A stretch of DNA of 64,000 bases from Myxococcales bacterium (lineage in GTDB: Bacteria > Myxococcota_A > UBA9042). A model generated the notes under the pieces. That model saw only the letters and a list, made by a program, of their open reading frames with translations. It had not been told where the DNA came from and did not search any database. The position numbers and the translations under genes are program-made. Where the stretch lies: the NCBI GenBank assembly GCA_009692425.1, contig SHZF01000004.1, positions 10,175-74,174 of the forward strand, in the 5' to 3' direction. Of the stretch, positions 56,492 through 64,000 are shown piece by piece (within the stretch, counting starts at the first letter, position 1; each line of letters opens with the position of its first letter).

Positions 56492-58249
56492 GTGGGAGGC
56501 AGCGTGGTCGGGTCGATTGGCGTGCGGTGCGGAATGGTGGTGCTGGCGCCGGTGCTGGTGCTGGTGCTGGCGTGCGGTGAGTCGGTGCCTGCGGCGAAGG
56601 CGGACGCTGCGACAGAAGCCTCGGCGAGCGCCACGACGGCCGACGCCAGCGCAGGAGCCAGCCCAACGTATTGGGGTGCCGTGAAGCCCGTGCTTGACCG
56701 CGCCTGCACCGGGTGCCACGCCAAGGGCGGCATCGGCCCCGACGAATTCGACTCACTCGGCGCAGCGAAAAAACACCTCGCCAAGGCGATCCAGGCCATC
56801 GAAGCAGGCCGGATGCCGCCGTGGATGCCGGCGCCCGGGTGCCGCCGCTACAAGTTCGAGCGCACGCTGGCCGCCGGCGATCTCGCGAAGCTGAAGGCTT
56901 GGCAGGGGGCCGGGATGCCTGAAGGCGACCCCAAGCAGACGCCCGCCCCGGTGCCGGGCGACGGACCCGTGCTGGTGGAGCCGCCTACGCTCGAACTGGC
57001 CATGCCGCTGCCGTACACGGCGACGACGGCAGTGCAAGACGACTACCGCTGTTTCGCGCTCGGCCAGCCCTTTGCGGCGGAGACGTGGCTGCGCGCGAGC
57101 CAGGTCCTGCCAGGCGACGCCGGCACCGTGCACCACGTGCTCGTCTTCCTCGTGGAGCCACACCAGTTGGGCCAGATCGCCGCGCTCGACACCCATGAAC
57201 CGGGGCCGGGCTGGACGTGCTACAGCGGTCCCGGCGTCACGCCGCCACAGACCGTCGCCGGCTGGGCTCCGGGCGGGGTGCCGGCCGTGATGCGCGCCGA
57301 CACGGCCATCCGCTTTCCGCAGGGCAGCCAACTCGTGATGCAGGTCCACTACAACTCGGCCAACCACGCCCCGCAACCCGACCGCACCCGGCTGCAACTG
57401 TGGACGCTCGCCAAGCAGCCCGGCCAGTTGCTTGAAATCCGCGCGCTGCCGTACCTGGGGCTGGCGGTGCCGGCGGGCGCGAAGGCGTTGAAGCAGGTCA
57501 AGCTGTTCACGAACCAGTCCAAGAAGCCGTGGACGATCGTCGGCGTGGTCGGCCACATGCACACGCTCGGCACCCGCATCACGCTGACCCATGTCGTGCC
57601 GGCCAGCGCGGGAAGCACGGCGGGCGCCGCGGGTCCAACCGGCAAAGAGACGTGCCTGCTCGACATTCCCAAGTGGGACTTCCACTGGCAACAGGGCTAC
57701 GCGCTGCGCGACGGCGAAGAAGTCACGGTGCTGCCGGGCGAAGGAGTGCGGCTCGACTGCACGTACGACAACAGCGCCGAAAACCAGCCGTGGGTCGCGG
57801 GCAAGCAGGGGGCGCCAAAGCACGTCACGTGGGGCGAAGGAACCTACGACGAGATGTGCCTCGGCTACCTGTCGCTCGTGCAGCCGTACACGCCGTATGC
57901 AGCGGTGAGCGGCAAGTCGTGCGAAAAGTTCCAACCCTGTTACGACGCGTGCAAGCCCGGTCTGAACATGACGGCGTGCGCGCTGCAGTGCGCCAACCAG
58001 TCCAGTGGCGGCTGCACGACCTGCGTGGCGGGCGCGCTGGTGGGCTGCGCGGCGGGCACGGGCGGGTGCGGCGCCCAGGCCCAGGGCCTGCTCGACTGCA
58101 TCACGGGGTGCCAGACACATCCCGACGCCAAGGCGTGCGTGACCCAGAGTTGCGTGCCCGCGATCTTTGCCTTCGATGGCTGCATGGCACCGGTGGTGCA
58201 GGCAGGCAGTTGCGACGGGATGCTCGCCGGGTGCGGGGCCAAGCTGTAG
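56492..58249 (+). CDS. Lipoprotein fusing an N-terminal c-type heme motif to a copper type II ascorbate-dependent monooxygenase-like (PHM/DBH-like) domain, plus a C-terminal Cys-rich tail. The start is probably the internal Met at 56534.
   Basis: CTGCHAKGG (CxxCH). GTVHHVLVF, VQVHYN, VGHMHTLG, YDEMCLGYL are the H-H / H / H-x-H / M copper ligand pattern of this family. C-terminal ~90 aa has 16 Cys. Confidence 0.68.
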   Translation: MGGSVVGSIGVRCGMVVLAPVLVLVLACGESVPAAKADAATEASASATTADASAGASPTYWGAVKPVLDRACTGCHAKGGIGPDEFDSLGAAKKHLAKAIQAIEAGRMPPWMPAPGCRRYKFERTLAAGDLAKLKAWQGAGMPEGDPKQTPAPVPGDGPVLVEPPTLELAMPLPYTATTAVQDDYRCFALGQPFAAETWLRASQVLPGDAGTVHHVLVFLVEPHQLGQIAALDTHEPGPGWTCYSGPGVTPPQTVAGWAPGGVPAVMRADTAIRFPQGSQLVMQVHYNSANHAPQPDRTRLQLWTLAKQPGQLLEIRALPYLGLAVPAGAKALKQVKLFTNQSKKPWTIVGVVGHMHTLGTRITLTHVVPASAGSTAGAAGPTGKETCLLDIPKWDFHWQQGYALRDGEEVTVLPGEGVRLDCTYDNSAENQPWVAGKQGAPKHVTWGEGTYDEMCLGYLSLVQPYTPYAAVSGKSCEKFQPCYDACKPGLNMTACALQCANQSSGGCTTCVAGALVGCAAGTGGCGAQAQGLLDCITGCQTHPDAKACVTQSCVPAIFAFDGCMAPVVQAGSCDGMLAGCGAKL

Positions 58250-58332
58250 CGAACCAGCGGTCGGTGGGACGCGTTCGTGCGAAATGTGCATCCCTTGCGA
58301 CACCCGGGCGCTGCTGGTAGCGTCCGTCGGCC

Positions 58333-59673
58333 ATGAAGAGTTCGCGTGCAGACATCCGGTGCGACGTGCTGGTGGTCGGCGCCGGACCCGCCGGATTTGG
58401 GGCGGCACTGGCGGCCCGGCGCAACGGCTGCGACGTCGTCCTGGCCGAGCGACTCGCGCGCGTTGGCGGCACGCTGACCCACGGGCTCGCGCTGACACCC
58501 GTCGGCTACGAGCCCTTTCGCCACTGGCTCGCGGCGACCGATCCCGCAGGTTGGCTCGTCCAAGGCATCGCGCGCGAACTGCACGATCGGCTGCTGCGTG
58601 CAGGCGGCGTGTGCAAGCCGGTGTGGGACCCGGAAATGTACGCGTGGTTGGTCGAAACGATGCTGGCCGAAGCGGGCGTGCGACTGCTGCTTCATGCCGG
58701 TTGCGTCGATGCCGTGCACGAAGGAGATCGCGTCGTCGGAGCGGTGCTGGCGCTGCGCTCGGGCCTGACGACCGTGCGGGCCGACATCTGCATCGATGCC
58801 AGCGGCGACGGCGACCTGTTCGCGCGCGCGGGCTGTGCCTTCGAAGTGGGCCGCGAAGCCGACGCGCGGCCGCAGCCGATGACGACGGCCAGCGTGTTCG
58901 GCAACCTGCGCCTCGACTGGGGCGGCGCCACCACGTACGCCGACATGATGGCGTGGGGCCGCGACGAACTCGCCATCCGCCTGACGGAAGGTCGGGCCAA
59001 AGGGGAATTGCCGCCGATCTTCGTGGGCAACCTGTTCCCGTACTTCGCCGGTGGCCGGATCGTGCGCAGCCAGGTGTGGTGCCGCATGGTGCAGTCGTGG
59101 CGCAATCCGCTCGATGCCGACGACGCCACGCTGGCCGAGGTCGAGGGGCGCGCACAATTGCAGACCATCGTCGCGTGGATGCGCACGCACCTGCCCGGAT
59201 TCGAAGACGCCGCGCTGATCCAGAGTTCGATGGCGTGGCCGCGCGAGTCGCGCCGGTTGCGCGGCGTGGCCACGTTGCGCGAGACCGATGTCGCCGGCAA
59301 CGTGCGGCGCGACGACGGCATCGCGCGCGGCGCCTGCTTCCTGGAGGTGCACTCGGCCACGCCGGGCGACCCAGAAGCCGAGCGCGGCTATGCGTGGAGC
59401 GCGGCAAAAGCCCGCTTTTCCGAAGACGTGGACTATGACATCGCCTACGGCTGCCTCGTGCCGGAGCGCATCGACGGCCTGCTGGTGGCGGGCCGCTGCC
59501 TGTCTGCCACGCACATCGCCCACGGGTCGGCGCGCATGCAGGCCACGGCCATGGCGCTCGGGCAGGCCGCAGGCACGGCGGCCGCGCTGGCACAGCAGGG
59601 TCGGGTGGAGCCCCGTGCCGTCGACGTGGCGCGGCTGCGCGACCGACTGCGCCACGTCGGCGCGCGCGTGTAG
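58333..59673 (+). CDS. FAD-dependent oxidoreductase (FAD_oxidored-like)
   Basis: DVLVVGAGPAGFGAALAARRNGCDVVLAE dinucleotide-binding motif. Confidence 0.72.
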   Translation: MKSSRADIRCDVLVVGAGPAGFGAALAARRNGCDVVLAERLARVGGTLTHGLALTPVGYEPFRHWLAATDPAGWLVQGIARELHDRLLRAGGVCKPVWDPEMYAWLVETMLAEAGVRLLLHAGCVDAVHEGDRVVGAVLALRSGLTTVRADICIDASGDGDLFARAGCAFEVGREADARPQPMTTASVFGNLRLDWGGATTYADMMAWGRDELAIRLTEGRAKGELPPIFVGNLFPYFAGGRIVRSQVWCRMVQSWRNPLDADDATLAEVEGRAQLQTIVAWMRTHLPGFEDAALIQSSMAWPRESRRLRGVATLRETDVAGNVRRDDGIARGACFLEVHSATPGDPEAERGYAWSAAKARFSEDVDYDIAYGCLVPERIDGLLVAGRCLSATHIAHGSARMQATAMALGQAAGTAAALAQQGRVEPRAVDVARLRDRLRHVGARV

Positions 59674-59675
59674 CG

Positions 59676-60983
59676 GTGGCGCTGCGGCTCCCTCGCGTGC
59701 TGGTCCCGATCGACCTCGCCGAAGCCCTGCGGATGCTGGCGCAGCACCCCGATGCGTGCGCGGTCGCCGGCGGCACGCTGGCGCTGAACCCGACCCAGCC
59801 GATGCGGCCGGCGACGCTGATCGACCTGGGCGCGATCGGTCACGACGGCATCGAGTGGAGCGTCGCAGGCGAACTGTCCCTGGGTGGGCTGGTCCGCATC
59901 GGCGACCTCGCGCACGCGCCGGAACTGCGCCAGCCGGCGTGGGGCGCCCTGATCGAGGCAGTCGATGCGATGGAGCCCCGCGTGGTGCGGGCAGTGGCGA
60001 CGCTGGGCGGCAACTTGTGCAGTGGCGGCACCTTCGTCGGTCCGTTGGCCCTGCTCGGAGCTCGAGTGGAGGTGCAGTCCCGCGCTGGTGCGCGCTGGGC
60101 CGAGGCGGACGCCGTTGCGCTACAGCCCGGCGAACTGATCACGCGCGTGGTCGTGCCGGCGCCGGTCCGGTTTGCCCGCACGCACGCGGCAGTCCTGCGC
60201 CGCACGCCGGTGGGGCCCGCGCTGGTTGGCGTCGCGCTGGGTGAACGCGGCGGCCACTGCGACATCGTGGTCACGGGAGGCAACGTGCGGGCGCTGCGGA
60301 TCGGCGGCGCGCGGGCAGGCGCCGATCTCGCGCGCAGCGTCGCAGCGGCCGTGCTGGCAGCGGCTCCCGACGGCGGCCTCAGCGGCGACGGTCCGTGGCG
60401 CAGCGCGGTGGCAGGGGTGCTGGCGCGCAGGCTTGCAGGGATGGCGCAACCGCGTGCCGATGCCCCGGCGCGCCCCGACGGCAGGCGGCACGGTCCCATG
60501 TGGCGGCCGGCCGCCGTCGACGGTCCGTTCTGGTTCCGCGCTGACGTCGACGATGCGAGCCTAGCGGTCGAAGTCCCGGCCCACGCCACGCTGACAGAAG
60601 CATTGCGCGCTGCGGGCGCGACCCAGGTCAAGTCCGGCTGCGGAGAAGGCGCGTGTGGGGCGTGCGCGGTCTTGGTCGATGGCTGCCTCGTGCGTTCGTG
60701 CCTGACGCTGGCCAGCCGCTGCGGCGGCAGTCGCATCCGTACGGCAGCGGCGCCAGAGCACGCGGGCCTCGCGACGGCCATCGCAGCGGCGGGCGGGTTG
60801 CAATGTGGGTACTGCACGCCGGGCATCGTCGTCGCCCTCGGCAGCCTGGCTTGCACGGCGCCGCGTCCGCTCGACGCTGCGGCAGTGGCCGCCGAGCTCG
60901 ATGGCAATCTCTGCCGCTGCACGGGCTACCAGCAGTTGGTGGCGGCGGCGGCAGAAGCGTTGGGGCGCGAAGTGCCGAAATGA
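59676..60983 (+). CDS. Xanthine dehydrogenase family fused FAD-binding (CoxM-like) + [2Fe-2S] (CoxS-like) subunit
   Basis: N-terminal FAD_binding_5-like AVAGGTLALNP / ATLGGNLC; C-terminal CGEGACGACAV..., GLQCGYCTPG, NLCRCTGY. Confidence 0.8.
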   Translation: MALRLPRVLVPIDLAEALRMLAQHPDACAVAGGTLALNPTQPMRPATLIDLGAIGHDGIEWSVAGELSLGGLVRIGDLAHAPELRQPAWGALIEAVDAMEPRVVRAVATLGGNLCSGGTFVGPLALLGARVEVQSRAGARWAEADAVALQPGELITRVVVPAPVRFARTHAAVLRRTPVGPALVGVALGERGGHCDIVVTGGNVRALRIGGARAGADLARSVAAAVLAAAPDGGLSGDGPWRSAVAGVLARRLAGMAQPRADAPARPDGRRHGPMWRPAAVDGPFWFRADVDDASLAVEVPAHATLTEALRAAGATQVKSGCGEGACGACAVLVDGCLVRSCLTLASRCGGSRIRTAAAPEHAGLATAIAAAGGLQCGYCTPGIVVALGSLACTAPRPLDAAAVAAELDGNLCRCTGYQQLVAAAAEALGREVPK

Positions 60984-63136
60984 CGGAGTCGCACGACGGA
61001 GAGACACCCCGCGATGGCTTGCCGCCCCGCGATGGCTTGGCGCGGGCGCGCGGCCAGGTTTCCTTCGTCAGCGACCTGCACTTGCCCGGTCTGTGCCATG
61101 GTGCCGTAGTGCGCAGCACGCGCGCCCACGCCAACGTCACGCACCTCGACCTGCGCGCTGCCCTCGCGCTCGACGGAGTGGTCGCGGTGGTGACGGCTGC
61201 CGACGCCCCGGGACCGGTGCCCGGCGAGCATTTCTACGGGGTTCCCCTGTCGGCCCGCCCCGTCCTGAGCGATGAGCCGTGCCATGTCGGGCAGGCGATC
61301 GCCGCGGTGTGTGCCGACGACCCGGAGACCGCGCGCCGGGCCGCGGCCCTCATCACCGTGCGCTACGACGCGCTGCCGTGGTGCGTCGATCTCGCGGCCG
61401 CCGCGGCTCCCGGAGCACCCGAGGTTCGGCGTGGTCGATCGAACCTCGCGCTGCCGGGCGGCAGCCTGTTGTTCGAGCAAGGCGACATCGACGGCGCGTT
61501 CGACCGGGCCGCCCACGTTGTCGAGGGCGAGTTCGCGACGTCCACCGTGCAGGCCGCTGCGCTGGAGCCGTATGCGTGTGTGGTGCGGCCTGAGGCGGAC
61601 GGCGGCGTGACGGTGTGGAAGGGCGCGCCGGCCCCCTTCGAACTGCGCCGCCAATTGGCCGAGTTCCTCGGCATCGACGAGGAGCGTGTGCGGATCGTGT
61701 GCGCGCCCGTCGGCGGTGGCTTCGGCAGCCGCATGGACGATCTGGAATACATCGGCGCCCTGCTCGCCCGCCGCGCCGGCCGACCCGTGCGGATGGTGCT
61801 GGCGCACAGCGAAGGGATGCTGGCCGGTCGTGTGCGCCACGGCGCGCGGTTCCAGGTGCGCAGCGCGCTCGATCGCGACGGGCGCCTGCTCGGCCGGGAA
61901 CTGCTGGCCGACTACGACACCGGCGCGTGGCTCGACACCGGGCCCTTCGTGATGTTGCGCGCGCTGCGACCGCTCGCCCTGTACCCGGCGCCTGCGCTGC
62001 GGTTCCGTGGCCGCCTCGTACACACGTCGAAGGCGGTCGGCGGTGCCACGCGTGGCTTTGGCAACCCGCAGGCGACGTTCGCCGTCGAACTCCACACCGG
62101 CGAACTGTGCCGGCAGTTGGGCTTGGATCCTGTCGCGTTTCGCCGCGATGCCCTCGCGCGCGCGGGCGACCCGAACCCGTCGGTGGGCGTCGCCGACGTA
62201 GGCAGCGGGCGCTTCACGCCGAAAGGGGCGCGCATCGCCACGTGTCGGGTGCGCGAGTGTCTCGACGAGGTGGTCGCGCGTCTGGGTCCCGCAGGCTCGC
62301 CGCAATGGCCGTGGCTGCGGCGCGGGGTCGGGTTCGCCTGCGCCATGCACACGAGCGGCAAGGGCCGCAACGAAGCGTCGGAGGTTCGCGTCGACATGGC
62401 TGCCGACGGCCGGGTCACGGTGACGAGCGGAGCGCCCGATCAGGGTGGCACCGGCGTCGCCAACACGCTCGCGTTGGTCGCCGGCCACGTGCTAGGCCTC
62501 GACCCGCGCGCGATCAACGTCTCACTCGGCGACACGGCCGCGGGCCTGTACGACAGCGGGGCGCACGCGTCGGGGCGCACTTACGTGACGGGCCATGCCG
62601 TGCACAAGGCGGCCACCGAATTGCGCGATCGGCTGCGGTCGGGAGCCGCGCTGCCTGCCACGGCCACGGTGCGCCACGAGCCGAGCGGCAATGCCCCGCC
62701 GTTTGCGGCGTGCGGGGCGGTGGTCGAGGTGGATACTGAAACGGGCCAGGTGCGCGTGCTGCGACTCGTGCTCATCGCCGATGTCGGCCGCGTGCTGAAC
62801 CCGATGGCGGTGCGTGGCCAGTTGCTCGGTGCCGCCGTGCAGGGCCTTGGGTTCGCGCTGACGGAGCGGCTCGACGTGTCGGCGGCCGGCTTCCTGACGA
62901 CACGCGGCTTGTATGACTACGGCTTGCTGCGCGCGTGCGACCTGCCCGACATCGACGTCGGCTGGATCGACGGCTTCGAGCCCAGCCACCCGCTCGGCTG
63001 CAAGGGCGCGGGCGAAATCGGGCTGATGCCAGTCGCGCCTGCGGTTGCCGATGCAGTGGCGGCCGCCGTGGGCGCTGCTCCGGCGCGGCTCCCGCTGACG
63101 CCGATGGACGTGTGGCGCCTCGCCGGCGGCTCGTAA
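60980..63136 (+). CDS. Xanthine dehydrogenase family molybdopterin-binding subunit, ATGA-coupled to the preceding gene
   Basis: VGGGFGSRMD, RGFGNPQATFA, GQGGTGVANTLALVAGHVLG, GCKGAGEIG. The start MTESHDGE at 60980 overlaps the upstream stop. Confidence 0.85.
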   Translation: MTESHDGETPRDGLPPRDGLARARGQVSFVSDLHLPGLCHGAVVRSTRAHANVTHLDLRAALALDGVVAVVTAADAPGPVPGEHFYGVPLSARPVLSDEPCHVGQAIAAVCADDPETARRAAALITVRYDALPWCVDLAAAAAPGAPEVRRGRSNLALPGGSLLFEQGDIDGAFDRAAHVVEGEFATSTVQAAALEPYACVVRPEADGGVTVWKGAPAPFELRRQLAEFLGIDEERVRIVCAPVGGGFGSRMDDLEYIGALLARRAGRPVRMVLAHSEGMLAGRVRHGARFQVRSALDRDGRLLGRELLADYDTGAWLDTGPFVMLRALRPLALYPAPALRFRGRLVHTSKAVGGATRGFGNPQATFAVELHTGELCRQLGLDPVAFRRDALARAGDPNPSVGVADVGSGRFTPKGARIATCRVRECLDEVVARLGPAGSPQWPWLRRGVGFACAMHTSGKGRNEASEVRVDMAADGRVTVTSGAPDQGGTGVANTLALVAGHVLGLDPRAINVSLGDTAAGLYDSGAHASGRTYVTGHAVHKAATELRDRLRSGAALPATATVRHEPSGNAPPFAACGAVVEVDTETGQVRVLRLVLIADVGRVLNPMAVRGQLLGAAVQGLGFALTERLDVSAAGFLTTRGLYDYGLLRACDLPDIDVGWIDGFEPSHPLGCKGAGEIGLMPVAPAVADAVAAAVGAAPARLPLTPMDVWRLAGGS

Positions 63137-63247
63137 CACGCAGCCGTTCGTGACACGCAAGGGTGGCGCCTGCCGTCTGCCTTGCCGCTCCCGAACAGAC
63201 CCCGTACCATCAGCCGGGGCCCACCGCCCAGCAGGCGCCGTTTCCGC

Positions 63248-64000
63248 ATGCGCATCGCCCTCATCAATCCGCCGTGGATGTACAAGCGCCTGTATACGCA
63301 CGGCATCTATCCACCGTACGGCATCCTGATGGTTGGCACGGTGCTGCAGCGCGCCGGGCACGAAGTCCGCATCATCGACGCCAACGCCCACGACCTGGAC
63401 GACGCCGCCGTGCACGCCGAGCTGGCGCGGTTCGATCCGCACGCCCTCGGCATCACGGTGTTTACCGACAGCTTCGACTACATCGCGCGCACCGGGCCGT
63501 GGTGGCACCAAGCGTTTCCGGGGCGCCCGCTCGTCATCGGAGGGCCGCTCGTGTCGGGTGCGCCGGGGCCGTGCCTGGCAGCGTCTGGGGCGGACGTGGC
63601 GACGTTGGGCGAGGCCTTCGAGTCCGCTCCGCTCCTGTTTGCGGCGCTTGAGCGTGGCGACCCCCTCGACGCGATCCCGGGGCTCGCCATCGCGCGGCCC
63701 GGCCAGCCGATCGTGCGCACGGGCCCGACGCCGACCAGCGCCAGCCTCGACGCGCTCCCCTTGCCCGATTGGGAACTCCTCGACGTCGAACGCTACCTTG
63801 CAAGCAACGACGACCCCTATTTTCGCGACCGGCGGCTGCAGCGCTACCTGTCGATCATTACCACGCTCGGCTGTCCGTGGCGCTGCACGTTCTGCCAGGT
63901 GCCGACGCTGTTCGAGGGGGTACGCAAGCGCTCGCCCGCCTCGGTCGCCGCCGAGGTGGCCGGCTACCGCGAGCGCTACGGCATCGAGTCGATGTACTTC
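63248..64000 (+). CDS. B12-binding-domain radical SAM protein, N-terminal 251 aa; continues past the window end
   Basis: MRIALINPPWMYKRLYTHGIYPPYGILMVGTVL...VRIIDAN (B12-binding-like Rossmann) then LGCPWRCTFCQ (CxxxCxxC). Confidence 0.78.
   Translation, partial: MRIALINPPWMYKRLYTHGIYPPYGILMVGTVLQRAGHEVRIIDANAHDLDDAAVHAELARFDPHALGITVFTDSFDYIARTGPWWHQAFPGRPLVIGGPLVSGAPGPCLAASGADVATLGEAFESAPLLFAALERGDPLDAIPGLAIARPGQPIVRTGPTPTSASLDALPLPDWELLDVERYLASNDDPYFRDRRLQRYLSIITTLGCPWRCTFCQVPTLFEGVRKRSPASVAAEVAGYRERYGIESMYF

Noticed and set aside
55060-59776. ORFs 55060..56799 (-) 579 aa and 56753..59776 (-) 1007 aa
   Set aside because: They overlap trmL, the Cu monooxygenase and the FAD oxidoreductase on the opposite strand. 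Their Arg/Ala/Pro-rich sequence is characteristic of GC-rich antisense frames.

Overview
This is a high-GC (~70%) chromosomal window, probably deltaproteobacterial/myxobacterial by its lipoprotein-rich, Ala/Arg-biased proteome. The GC content produces many long spurious Arg/Ala/Gly-rich ORFs in the six-frame track, so I called genes only where the protein shows recognisable motifs. Housekeeping genes include lipB, cdsA, uppS, a tightly linked lspA-lgt pair, mutY, bamD, trmL and selB. There are also two-component regulators and two sets of xanthine-dehydrogenase-family oxidoreductases.

The most interesting part is a co-oriented ~16 kb locus (6179-22163):
- It starts with a noncanonical radical-SAM-like gene, followed by three bona fide radical SAM enzymes, two of them with SPASM-type C-terminal Cys clusters.
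- Two tiny ORFs are joined to each other and to the third radical SAM gene by ATGA start/stop overlaps.
- Three giant (756-1213 aa) paralogous lipoproteins follow directly. They are built from MAM-like beta-sandwich modules alternating with C-x-D-x-N-x-C-T-x-D-x-C cysteine-rich repeats.
- A fourth paralog lies divergently at the window start, behind a 7x17-bp tandem repeat array.

I could not match this arrangement to a named system such as Hxs, PQQ or mycofactocin. It is the best candidate here for an undescribed radical-SAM maturation / Cys-rich surface-protein system.
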